A DNA stretch of 63,867 nt, filler included, from Basidiobolus ranarum (lineage: Eukaryota): assembly GCA_040143965.1 (NCBI GenBank). It is 35 parts of 35 records of this genome, joined end to end, with 100 filler letters (N's around TTAATTAATTAA, not from the genome) between each part and the next. Parts side by side here need not be neighbours in the genome. Positions count along the whole stretch, not along the records: positions 12,833 to 14,564 come from JASJQH010011329.1; positions 14,665 to 16,396 come from JASJQH010011330.1; positions 16,497 to 18,227 come from JASJQH010011331.1; positions 18,328 to 20,058 come from JASJQH010011332.1; positions 20,159 to 21,889 come from JASJQH010011333.1; positions 21,990 to 23,719 come from JASJQH010011334.1; positions 23,820 to 25,549 come from JASJQH010011335.1; 28 more parts are not named here. One strand, given 5' to 3'. The position numbers were made by a program, and so were the translations under genes. The notes below the pieces were generated by a model. That model saw only the letters and a list, made by a program, of their open reading frames with translations, searched no databases and was not told the DNA's origin. This document shows, piece by piece, positions 13,284 through 25,649 of the stretch. Position 1 is the stretch's first letter. Each line of letters begins with the position of its first letter.

Positions 13284-14170
13284 TGTGAAAGTATTTGAGA
13301 GCCAGTTGGAAGTGCTTTGAAGAATTAGAAAAGTTGGTGGTTTTTCACTTATGGATTTATTGAGTTAAGAAATAACATATATAGTTTTGTCTAGGTGTAA
13401 ACAAACCAACATGTAAAATATGTTAAGGAATGTCCCAGAAACATATGTGCAAAGTTTTGTGCTTCAGCACAAGCTTGAAAAATCTATAGATCTGAGAAGT
13501 TCTAAGTTGGAAAAAAATAATTTAAGTAAATTCTGATTGCAAATAATGAGTAATATCTTAGTAAATATATAATAACCAAGTACAAAACTATATATAACTA
13601 TTTAGGTGTTTAGTCAATCCTAATATCAACACTCCCTCTCAGCTAAATAGTCATAAAACTAATCCCAAAGAAGGTCTATATTTCTCAAATTTCTGTCTAG
13701 CTAATAGCTTGGTTAATAAATGAACAATCATGTCTTCAGTATAACAATAAGTTAAGTCAACAAACTTATTCTCTATAGTCTCACTAATGAAGTGATGTCT
13801 AACGTCTATATGTTTGCATCTATTGTGAAACATGGGATTATTAGCTAATTTGATACAACTTTGATTATCTTGAAATATTATAGAGCGTGAATTTGAGTAT
13901 AGCCTAAATACTTTAAGGGTCTTCTAACTGTATTGCTTCTTTTGTTGCTTCATAGGTGGCCATGTATTGGACTTGTGTTGTTGAAAGTGCCACAGTAGGT
14001 TATTTCTATGTATTCCAAAACAGCAAAGAAATAAGCATCCTCTTGTGTTCAATATCTCTTCCCTAATTTGCATCTGAATATACCATTAGATCAAATTTTG
14101 ATCCAAAATATGCGTATTTTAAGCACAGATCTACAGTACCTTTCAAATATCTGAAAATCCACTCATCTGC
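13284..14170 (-). mobile_element. Ty1/copia 3' end: RNase H, polypurine tract and 3' LTR (family A)
   Basis: IFQDNQSCIKLANNPMFHNRCKHIDVRHHF motif; purine tract CTGAGAGGGAG (13632-13642, minus strand) abuts the LTR at 13284-13631. Confidence 0.88.
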
Positions 14171-14837
14171 TAAGATTTGATCAGATCCATAAGTTTAAAG
14201 AAATTGGCACATAATTTCCACACAATATGCAATAACTATAATAATATGGAACTAGATAAGGAATGGAAACAACAACAAGAGTCTAGAAGGCAGGAGAGTA
14301 ATTGGGTGTAGAACACAAGGCAAGACAAGACAAGACTGGATAGGGAAAGTACTTTGGCAAGAAACTTTATTAATAACAGGCATTGATCAGACTGAGGTCT
14401 GATCAAGGAATACATGGTGCTTTTTTAGTTTTTGAAAGGTGTAACATAATCTACAGATTAGGGATTATTTTGTGGCTTGGTCTAGTGGTGGTGTTTTGGC
14501 GAATACAATGACCAATACAAAGATGGAAGATGTAATGACAAGGTAAGGTTGAGAAGGTGACCTTNNNNNNNNNNNNNNNNNNNNNNNNNNNNNNNNNNNN
14601 NNNNNNNNTTAATTAATTAANNNNNNNNNNNNNNNNNNNNNNNNNNNNNNNNNNNNNNNNNNNNATGGAATATGTTGGTGCTAGGCTTTTGAATGAAGAA
14701 TGAAGGAGATCAAATTCTCAGCAAAATAATGCTGAACAGGCATTTTTTGGAGCTGTAAAACATTAAACATCATGGCTCTCTCTTGATGGAAATTAATTGG
14801 TTATAGTGCTGGTCAGTATTCCTTTAATGGCTAGCTT

Positions 14838-15276
14838 GGGGCTCATAACCAGAAAAAACTGCTTAGAGGCTTTGGAAATGTTTTGGACCAGATTTGGATT
14901 TATGAATTAGATACTGAATTAATTACATCCTATTTATTGATCACTATAAAATGGGATTATTGATGTGCTTAGATCATAACATTCATGACTGTAAAGCATG
15001 GGTGAAAATTTAAGTTTATTTATAGTTTACAAGAGTTGGGACTATTGGACATGCTTAGATCATAACAAGCATGCCTGTAAAGCATGGGTGAAGTTTTGAG
15101 GTTATTTGGAGAAGTTTTGAGAAAATAGTGAAAATAGGTAAAAGTGATCTAATTGGTAGAAATATCAATTAGAGCAATAAACACACATTTTTGAATGGCA
15201 CAATTGAGTGCTAGATAATTAGAATATGACTAGACTAACTCCTAAATAATGAGTTGCTGATTATCTAATTTCAACA
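14838..15276 (-). mobile_element. Copia family-C-like 5' LTR with PBS
   Basis: ggggctcataacc PBS next to an LTR ending tttcaaca; similar to 33567-33830, 36618-36947 and 44830-45180; contains a short internal duplication. Confidence 0.75.
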
Positions 15277-16496
15277 GTTTTTAATACAGTGGCTCTTCTT
15301 GAGAACCAAGTACTTGGTAATCTGCGCTTTTTCAGAAGTTGCTTTGATTATGAATTTGCTTTGTCACTTGATGGTTTTTTTTCCAAAGTCACAGGCCCAG
15401 CCTGTTGGTCATTGACTTCACTCTCTTTGAATCTACCACTGACTGATCACCACAACAGTCACATTTCTGTTGTGCTCTCACTGATATCTGGCCTAAAATT
15501 TCCTGTTTGCCATGATAGCTACTTATAGCTGCTGCTGGAAAAAATTCGTGACTTTGCATTGGGATAGATTTAGAAAATCATCCAGGGAAAGGGCATATCC
15601 CTAGGTGATACCCCAGTGCCAAGTAAAATTGTGGGATTTGAAGGGCACCATGCAATACTAAGTTGCTAATCTTGTGAGCTTCAAGGGGTGAAATTAGTAG
15701 AAAAGTAACACAACAATTGTGCCAATACCAACATATATATGTCAACATATTGTTGGGAAGCTGCAATACAAGCAACTTGCTTTTTGCATTGATAACAAGA
15801 AGTAAACCTACAACAGAGTCAGGACTGCATTGACAACCAGCCTTTCTCTCACTCAAGAATCAAAGCCAGGCCAGTAATTTTCTGTTGGGGGCCATGTAGC
15901 TTTTGTTCAATAGCCTTCCTGGCTTAAAGGCATAGCTTCAACTATATAAATTTGAAGTTTGGAAACCTTTCATAATCTCAAATATGTTGCATATGATAAG
16001 TGAACTGACTGGGTAAATCCAAACTCACCGTCTTGATTCTGACCTCAGCATACTGATCCACTGCAAACAGAACTCTTCTATTATTAGATTATGAGATCAT
16101 ATCTGCTGTGCCATCCCTTCTTGGCAATCTGGCGTTAGTTCATCAAGAATACCTTATATAGAAGTCATGTTCTTTGGAACATTCCATGTAACCTAACCAA
16201 TCATGTTATCCCACACTTAGTATATTTCCACCAAGACCTTCCTTTGAAGGACACCTGATCATCCTTACATCATCCCACTTTGTATTTGTCCTTGTAGTCC
16301 CTGACACCCCAACTCCTGAACTTGCCACAGTATATTCCCTATTCAGTATATTATGTTTCACCTTGCAATATCTATATAAGCCCCATGCATTCCTTGNNNN
16401 NNNNNNNNNNNNNNNNNNNNNNNNNNNNNNNNNNNNNNNNTTAATTAATTAANNNNNNNNNNNNNNNNNNNNNNNNNNNNNNNNNNNNNNNNNNNN

Positions 16497-18227
16497 CAAT
16501 CAAAGGCTCCATGAAGCTATCTATAAGCACTGGTGATTTAGGTCCAGATATGATGGATAGTATGAAAATATTATGAATCTTATACCATTCAGAAGGAGGA
16601 ACATTCAAGTTAATTGAAATAATTGGCCAGCAAGCCTTTCCAATGGTATATTTGTTTAGTGAGAAACCATCCAGAGCCAATGCAAATGCATGATCATACG
16701 TGTTCTCAAAGAAAACTTGACTTTCAGATTCTGGTAGTGATATCCATCAAGTATATCGGTAATACCATCAGGTTTACGGTGAGTACTTTGGTATTGGATC
16801 AATGATCTATATTTGAGTGATTTTATTAAAACTTTAAGACGGGGAATCAACAGTATGTAAGCCAAATATGAACAATATTTACCTGATTCAGTGATTACAA
16901 ATTGTGTGCAAACAGTACATGACTTCTGGCTTTTCAGATCACCAGTGAAAGCCGAACAACCATTTGGAGATGAAGGCAGTAAAATTACTGAAGGATTATA
17001 AGTCATATGATTGACAAGTGTTTTCCACTTGTACCATGTCTATGGCAAGCAACAGGTGCCAATCAACTGTGGTAAAAGTGTAAGAAAACCAATAAACACC
17101 TGGTGGCTAAGATTGGATTGAACTCTCCACTCCTCAATAATCACAGCTGCTTCCTTTACTGTAAGTGTTATGAGTGGACTGATGTTTGCTGATAACAAAG
17201 AGTTTGTAACAAAACCATCATCTTCTTCCTCAACTTCAGATATACTACCACTGGTACTGGAATAACCAAGGTCAACATCTAGCAGCAAGTCCTTAAAGTT
17301 GTCTGGACTTACTGGTTTGACCAAAGTTGCATTTTGACCGACATCATTCTGGTCATATAACTGTGGTAACTCCACGGTATCTTGACTTTTGGTAGTGTTA
17401 CCAAAACTTTGAGGCAAACTACAGTCAGTTGACTAAATAGGCAAAACTAAAGTCAATTCAGTGCACCTATTACTGTTGCTATACACCAGGCTTTGTGCAG
17501 CTGGTGGCTTTGTACAGTGACCATGCTTGTGATTATTTTTTCTATGAAGCCTCCGGCTTTCATAGCACAAGAATTTGTGACAACAATAGCAGGGCATGTT
17601 TAAATGTTTGTGTTGTGGCATGAGAAGGATATTGTAGAAAAAAGAACACCTCCCACGTAAGGGTGGTATTTTAGGTGTAGCCCATCAATATCTTCAGCTG
17701 AATCTGAGACGGTGTCACAGCTGAGTCATCAAGGGATTTTCAAGATATTTCCGGTAATGGATGGCAATTTGGTTTATTATAAGCTGTTTCTAAGCAATTT
17801 CATTTCACCAAGTTTACCATCTGAAAATTTCAATGTCATTCAAAAAGCATTCAAAATCCTAGTCAAAATCAGCTTCCAAGCCAAAGCCTGCTGGCATGAA
17901 AGGAAAAAAAGCAGCAAGAACAGAGGACTTAATTGATGAGCAGTCTAGTGATCCACTCTCCACTTTGGAAGACATTAACGTGCTGGAAACTAACTCAAGT
18001 AATGATGAAGCATTAATCAATTTACCACATGTGTTCCTTTCCAGCAATAGTGCAAGTGAAGATATTGTAATCCCCCAATTACATAGTAAATCAATAGTTG
18101 AGCAAAGTTCAACCAAAACACCATCAAGACCATTAACTCCTAAAATGGCTACTTTGCCCACTATTGAACAACCCTCTGTAGAAAATTTGGATAGAATGAT
18201 TACAATAAGGAAACTGCAGGCAAAACA
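16497..18227 (-). mobile_element. CACTA/EnSpm (Transposase_21/tnp2) transposase pseudogene plus divergent ORF
   Basis: YILLIPRLK...TDILDG.HYQNL...ALALDGF...CWPIISINLNVPPSEWYK...SIISGPKSP..IDSFMEPLI; frameshifted. Confidence 0.85.
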
Positions 18228-18327
18228 NNNNNNNNNNNNNNNNNNNNNNNNNNNNNNNNNNNNNNNNNNNNTTAATTAATTAANNNNNNNNNNNNNNNNN
18301 NNNNNNNNNNNNNNNNNNNNNNNNNNN

Positions 18328-19970
18328 AATTTTGACTTAGACTTTGAATGCTTTTTGAATGGCATTGAAATTTTCAGATGGTAAACTTGGTGTAATGAAA
18401 TTGCTTAGAAACAGCTTATAATAAACCAAAATTGCCATTCATTACCGGAAATATCTTGTAAATCCCCTGACAACTCATTTGTGATACTGTCACAGAATCA
18501 GCTGATGATATTGATAGGCTATCCCTAAGATACCACCCTTATGTAATAGGTGTTCATTTTTCCACAATATCCTTCTCATGCTGCAACACAAACATTTAAA
18601 GAAGCACCACTAGTATTGTCACAAATTCTTGTGCTATGAAAGCTGGAGGCTTCATAGAAAAAATAATAACAAGCACAGACACTGTACAAATCCACCAGCT
18701 GCACAAAGCCTGGTGAATATCAACAATAATAAGTCCTCAAAATCAACTTTAGTTTTGCCCACTGAGTTGCCTGACTGTACTTTGCCTCAAAGTTTGGTAA
18801 CACTGCCAAAAGTCAAGATACTGTGGAGTTAGCACAGTTATAAGACCAGAATGATGAATATAGAAATGAAACTTTGGACAAACCAGTGAGTCTAGAAAAC
18901 TTTGAGGACATGCTGCTAGATGTTGACCTTGGTTACTCCAGTGTTGATGGTGATATATCAGAATTTGAGCAAGAAGACAATGGTTTTGTTATGGACTCTT
19001 TGTTAATGGCAAGCATTAGTCCACTCATAACACTTACAGTAAAGGAAGCAGCTTTGATTTTTGAGGAGTGGAGAGTTCCAACCACTCTTAGCAACCAGGT
19101 GTTTATTGGTTTTCTTACACTTTTACCACAGTTGATTGCAACAGTTGCTTGCCTCAGACCTGGTACACATGGAAAACACTTGTCAATTGTATGACTTATA
19201 ATCCATCAGTAATTAAACTCCCTTCATGTCCAAATGGTTGTTTGGCTTTCACCAGTGATCTGAAAAACCTGAAGTCATGTACTGTTTTCACACAATTTGT
19301 AATCACTGAATCAGGTATATATTATTCATATTCAGCTTACATACCATTGATTCCATATCTTAAAGATTTGATGAAATCACCCAAATATAGATCATTAATC
19401 CAATACCAAAGTACTCACCATATAGCTGAAGGTATTACCAATTAACTGCATGGATATCACTACCAGAATCTGAAAACTCAAGGTTTCTTTAAGAACATGT
19501 ATGATCATGTACTTGCATTGGCTCTGATTTCAACATGATCACTGATATCAATTCACCAAATAGTCAGTCCAACATCAAAATGGGTATTAGCCAAAAGCCT
19601 AACATTATATTGCTAAAGGGGATCAGCTGGAGCCAGAGCTTCCCATTAGGCACTATGCACTTGGTATGCAACAACATTCCATTACAACTTTGTCAGCTAT
19701 ATAATGAAAAATTTGACACAAATGAGCCATTCAAGATAGGATCAAAGTTGGAATCAATTGGGAAATCCTAGAAAATGTCTAGCTACCATCATATTTTACC
19801 AGGACTCCCATCAACATACACTCATCTAGGTGTTTATTCAAATGCAAAGACTTAAACTATTGGATTTGTATATGTTCAAGTGGAAGTTTGAAAAGAATTC
19901 TACCTGATAAGTATTGGCAACATTGGGAGTGGTTTGTGGTTATTGTTAATATATTCTTACGGCATCAACT
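18328..19970 (+). mobile_element. CACTA-type transposase pseudogene with an internal deletion
   Basis: Same family as 16497-18227; also FPLGTMHLVCNNI and LPDKYWQHWEWFV. Confidence 0.82.
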
Positions 19971-19999
19971 GTTTTGCTTGCCAATTACTGTGTTGGTGA

Positions 20000-20052
20000 T
20001 GACCGCCCCCCCCCCTTTGAGAGGGAGGCCCCCTACCGGAGGGGGGGGGTCA
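20000..20052. repeat. GC-rich hairpin (TGACC-G-C10 ... G9-TCA)
   Basis: Self-complementary homopolymer arms with an inner AGGG/CCCT pair, in AT-rich surroundings. Confidence 0.7.
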
Positions 20053-20158
20053 CATATCNNNNNNNNNNNNNNNNNNNNNNNNNNNNNNNNNNNNNNNNNN
20101 NNTTAATTAATTAANNNNNNNNNNNNNNNNNNNNNNNNNNNNNNNNNNNNNNNNNNNN

Positions 20159-21300
20159 AATGTCTTCTCCTGGCTTCATCCTTAAGTTAAAGAATTGTCT
20201 TCTTAGAAACATCTTGTTGGCAGCAGAGCATGTTTGGTAGGTGTCTTCCAAGGCTTTCCATACCTTCTTGGTGGTTTTAGCTCTTGAACATTGAATTAGC
20301 AATTTGTCTTTAACATCAATTTGTCTTAATAGCTTTGCATTGTTTTCTTCTCCTACAACAGTATCCCAAAGTCCTTTTTCTTGCAGCAGCATTTCATTTT
20401 AATTTTCCAAACTTGATGTTTGGTGCTATCCAATTTTTCAGAAGAGGGAAAAGTTCCCTATATTTTAGAAGTGGACATTACAGAGAGTGCAAGCTTGGGG
20501 CACATAACCAGTTAAAGTATTTGGGAACCTATTGTAACTGGTTTGGAGCATTAGAGGAATTGCTGGTTTTCACTTGTTGATTTATTGAGTAAACGTTGAC
20601 ATTTATAGTTTTGTCAAGATGTAAGCAAACTACATGTAGAATGTGTTAAAGATGGTCCCAGGAACATGTGTGCAAAGTTTGGATCTTCTAGCACAAGTTT
20701 GAAAAATCTATATATCTCAGAACTTCTAAGTTGGTAAAAACATTACAAGTATATTCCAATTTAGAATAAAGGATAATATCTTAGTGAACTATAAGATAAC
20801 TAAGTACTAAGCTATATACAACTATATAGTTGTTTAGGCAATGCTAATTTCAACAGTTTCTTCAAATTCCCAAAAATAGTTCCAGTTTGGCATAGAAACC
20901 AATATTCTGTTACAGATCTCATGCCATCTCTTCCCTTACTTGCTTCTGAGCATCCCATCTGATCAAAATCTGACCCAGAGCACTTATATTCTAAGCACAG
21001 ATCCACAGTGCCTTTAAAATATTTGAACATTTACTTTGTTTCTATGATATGAATTGATCTTTAATTTTGCAGAAATTGCAACCTAACTGCCACTGAAAAT
21101 AAGGTATCTGGCCATATACTAACAATAATGTACTTAAAGTATCTGCCCTAGATTGATAATAGTTTTTTGGGCTTTCATTAGAATCAAAGAATGTTCAATT
21201 GGAGCCATTTTTGGACAAGTTAAGTTTTTTATACATTGCAGTAGATTCTTGTTTACATTCTTCCATTTTAAATTTCTACAAAATATCCATGGTATATTTA
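20159..21300 (-). mobile_element. Copia family-A gag, PBS and 5' LTR (20510-20855), abutting a decayed copia RT/RNase H
   Basis: MLLQEKGLWDTV...ANKMFLRRQFFNLRM; LTR match; FKYFKGTVDLCLEY. Confidence 0.82.
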
Positions 21301-21989
21301 GACAGGTTTAAAAAATATCACCCATTACAAATTGCCAAATTTTTAGTTGGGGCCATTCAGGAACTCTTCTACAGGCTGGGATGGATGCACTTGAGCTGGG
21401 CAGCCATACACCCATTTATGCAAGTCATAGCTATAGTAATTGGCACTATTTCAGATCCAATTTGATGTCCTACTTTGGCACAACAGTACTCCAACTTCCA
21501 GCATTGTCTGCCAGACCTTTGTACCCTTTGTTTTAGTCAAAGGGTCCACCATATTGCTATTCTTTCATATTTTTAATATCAGTCAATTTCAATGATTTGA
21601 TCTGGGAAACTTCACTTTTGTAAACATTTTTCATTATTTTCAAACACATCATACCTAGACTCAATAAACTTTAAAATTTTAACATAATGGAGTCTGTAAG
21701 CCTTAGTTTATTGGGAAAATATGGGCTGTTTGGAGGAACTTTAGAAAAGTGGAGTTGTGAATAGCTTTGTGAGATAATTATTTATTGACCAGAAATTAAG
21801 CATTTATACAATTTGGTGGAAATACAGAAAACTAACACTGGGGTTGTGTTCAGAACATCTGTGGGAGTAAAATAAGCTATCTTTGGGGCNNNNNNNNNNN
21901 NNNNNNNNNNNNNNNNNNNNNNNNNNNNNNNNNTTAATTAATTAANNNNNNNNNNNNNNNNNNNNNNNNNNNNNNNNNNNNNNNNNNNN

Positions 21990-23719
21990 AGCAGTATTCT
22001 CCACCATTATCACTCCTTAGTACCCTTATTTTTTGTGCTGATTCTTTCTCTACCATTGCTTTGTAGTGCTTGAATGTAGCTAAGGCTTCAGATTTTGATT
22101 TGAGAAAGAATACCCAAGTATATCTTGTTTTGTCATCAATAAAGGTCATAAAGTACCTTTTCCCACCCAGTGAGACGTTTTTCATGGGCCCACATAGGTC
22201 AGAATGAATCAGGGAAAAATTCTGAGTGGATTTGATCTCTCCAGAGCTTGAAAACGGCTGTCTGTGATGTTTTCCATATATGCAACCTTCACACAGATCC
22301 AATTTGGTGATATTTCCAATTTCCAAGCCTGAAACTAGCTGATTTCGGATCATTTGGGTCAGTTTTTGTTCCCCAATATGGCCTAATCTTCTATGCCACG
22401 TTTGACAACTTATTTCACCAGTTTTGGCCAGGTTTGCATGCTCAGAATGCAATTTGTTGATTTCTAGCTTGTATAAGTTTTGAGTTTTGATCCCAGTAGC
22501 TAATTTGGTATTATTCTGATCTGTGATAGTGCATCCAGCCTTACTGAACACGAAATTTAATCCCTGAGTTGTAGCTTGGCTTACTGAGAGTAGATTCTTG
22601 GCTATATTTGGTACATAGAGTACATCATCTAATTTTGCAGATGGTGTAGCTGAATTTCGGTCTAAATTGAGTACAACTGTGCCCTTACCAACTGCATCTA
22701 GTGCAAAGTCATCACCTAAGTAGACTTTCCTTGTTTGGATTGGTTTTAAGCTGGAAAACCAATCTTTCCTGTTTGACATATGCTGGGAAGCTCCTGAATC
22801 AATGTACCACGTTTCTGAGTCTTCTTTAGTGGTTACTGATAGGGCAGACACAAATAGATGATCTCTATCAGTGCTTACTTGATTTGCTTGTTCCGATTTT
22901 AGCTTTTCGGCAAAAATCCTTTTTCTGCAATCTTTGATTAAATGGCCTGGTTTCTTGCAATACTTGCAGATGATTGATTTCCTAATAGGGGCACCATTAT
23001 TGAAGCCTGTTGGACGTTTTACAGCTCCAAAAAATGCCTGTTCTGCATTATTTTGCTGAGAATTAGATCTCCTTAATTCTTCATTCAAAAGCCTAGCACC
23101 AACATATTCCATTGTTAATGGCTCTGATCTTGATTCTAGGGCAATTATGAGGTTCCCAAACTCGTCTGGCAGGCTCCCAAGTAGTGTCATGACTAAGTCA
23201 TCTTCATTTAGAGGTGCTCCAATGGATGAGAGCTGATCTGCCATAGTTTTTATCCGATTTATATGATTAAGCATAGAATCATCAGGATTCATCTGAATTG
23301 AGAACAATTTTCGCCTAAGATATAGCCTATTAGCCAGACTTTTAGTCTCATATAGTCCCTCAAGTGTTTCCCAAGCATTTTGGACGTTTTTGGCTGATTG
23401 TATGTGCCTCAATTGAGAATCTCTGAGATGTAGACAAAGTGTAGAGAGTGCTTTCCTCTGCTTCTTGTGAAAGGCAAGGATAGCTTCTGGTGGTCCCTTT
23501 GGCTCTATTTCTTCTCCTGTAACAAATCCCCAAAGGTCCTTGTCTTCTAGCACCATTTGCATCTTGAACTTCCAAAGGTGAAAGTCTTCACCATCAAACT
23601 TCTCTGTGGATGCAAAAACGTTGGTAATAGTACTGGTAGACATTCCTTTAACAGCTAGCTCGGGGCTCATAACCTGATAAAAGTGTTTAGGGGATTTGGA
23701 AGTGTTTTGGACAAGATTT
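21990..23719 (-). mobile_element. Near-intact Ty1/copia gag-pol (family C), ORF 23670 to 21990, with PBS and 5' LTR end
   Basis: About 560 aa without stops: gag (KFDGEDFHLWKFKM), zinc knuckle CKYCKKPGHLIKDC, protease WYIDSGAS, WHRRLGH...CEGC, integrase HSDLCGP...RSDNGGEY; PBS at 23663-23674. Confidence 0.96.
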
Positions 23720-23929
23720 NNNNNNNNNNNNNNNNNNNNNNNNNNNNNNNNNNNNNNNNNNNNTTAATTAATTAANNNNNNNNNNNNNNNNNNNNNNNNN
23801 NNNNNNNNNNNNNNNNNNNAACTAGTACTCTTCAAAGTGTTGAAATTAGTCCCAAAGGTAACGGCAAGCAAAAAGCCACACAAACACCAGAAAGCACCCT
23901 AAGTAGTGTTACACTACAAGGAAAGCTGT

Positions 23930-24618
23930 AACAGATACTTCTTGGTAAGATAGATCAAGATATGTAGTATTATTGTTTTAGCCATGGGGTAATATATTCC
24001 AGCAATGACACATCTTCTTATGGCAGGACATTTGTTTACTGCAAGTTGAGGATATTTTGGCTGAATTATTTATGGAAATATGCCTAAATCCAAGAGCTTA
24101 TTCTTGTAATAAATGGTAACAAGGGTCAGCTATTTGCCAAGCATCAGTGCTATTCAAAATTTGGATGTTTTGCAATTTTAACACTATTAGTTTGCTGATA
24201 AAGCATATTGATGTTTCTGAGTTATGTCTAATTGGTCAAGTATGTGGATATGTAGAGACTCAACACAACCAGATTCTTTTACTTTTTGATTCTCATTATG
24301 GCTAGAATACAAAGCCTAAAATATCTAAATAAAGGCATACATATTAAATCAAATTTGCACAGCAGTAAACCCAGTAATTTGCCATTTGTAAGTTATATTT
24401 TTGCAATAATTGCTGGAAATTGAATATTGCATGCCAAATTTGAGGATCAATATTTTAACATGTATGAATACCATCAAAATACTCTCAAGAAACCACTGTG
24501 ACACCATAAAAATCCCTGGCAGAATGCAAGTCACCAATTTTGTGACGGGTCTCTGACAATTTTGCTCTTTCAGAGGGTGGGTCCAATCTGGATAAAGTTG
24601 ATTTTATTTTTGTTAGAG
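23930..24618 (+). mobile_element. CACTA-type element, downstream end
   Basis: Matches 26440-27122; ends ...ttttgttagag (variant of TTAGGG, the reverse complement of CCCTAA). Confidence 0.78.
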
Positions 24619-25506
24619 TTCAAGAGCTCTGGTTTAATCAAATCTGTCAAAAAATTGGATCTAATTAATTCAGATTTATGTGGACCTGTACAAAATTTAT
24701 CTTCAGGTGGAAAAATATATTTAATCACATTTACTGATGATTATACAAGATAAACTTGGGTCTATTTGATGGAGAGAAAAGAAGAAGCTCTCTCTATCTT
24801 TAGAGATTCTAAACACTTGTGGAGACTGAAACAGAAACCAAAATCAAGAAACTACATACTGATAATGGTGGAGAATATACTTCAACACTATTTAACAACT
24901 TTGCAAAGTTCATGGAATTAAGCAAAAAACTACTGCCCCCTATTCACCTCAACAAAATGGAGTTGCTGAAAGAGCCAACACAACTATAATGGCAATGGCA
25001 AGATCAAGGATAAATGTACAATATATTTATCATAACTTTTAGGCAGAATCAGTTGCTACAGCTGTATATCTGAAGAATGGGAGTTTGACTAGGAGTCTGT
25101 CTAACTCTACACCATATTAAGCTTGCTTATGTCAAAATTATGACCAAAAATTGGGCCAAATTTGATCCAAAAAGTGAGAAATGCATAATTATGGGTTATT
25201 GTACTCAAAATAAGGCCTACAGACGCTTTGATACCAAAATGTTAAAGTTAATCAAGTGCAGGGATGCTTTGTTTTATGAAAATGAAAACCTTTCACCCAA
25301 AGTAACTCAGATGATGACAAAATTGATTTTCTCCTGATCCAATCATTCAAATTGATTCAAACCAAAACAATGAAGAAAATAGCATTCCTGTGGATGCTTC
25401 AGCCACTATTTTGCCTACTGAAGTACCCAATACAATGCCAGAAGTTGTCATACCTTTATCCCAAACCAGGAGATCAAATTAGATGCAAAATAGCTCTTAT
25501 TACTAT
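24619..25506 (+). mobile_element. Copia integrase fragment bounded on both sides by CACTA-type termini
   Basis: INSDLCGPV, DNGGEY, PQQNGVAERAN and KFDPKSEKCIIMGY motifs; a CCCTA terminus starts at 25507. Confidence 0.85.
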
Positions 25507-25649
25507 CCCTAACCAAAATATAATCAATTTGATCCGGATCAGATCCATCNNNNNNNNNNNNNNNNNNNNNNNNNNNNNNNNNNNNNNNNNNNNTTAATTA
25601 ATTAANNNNNNNNNNNNNNNNNNNNNNNNNNNNNNNNNNNNNNNNNNNN

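Noticed and set aside
14382-14405. Hairpin TTGATCAGAC-TGAG-GTCTGATCAA as a terminator
   Set aside because: Eukaryotic repeat context, probably part of an unclassified LTR; no function can be supported
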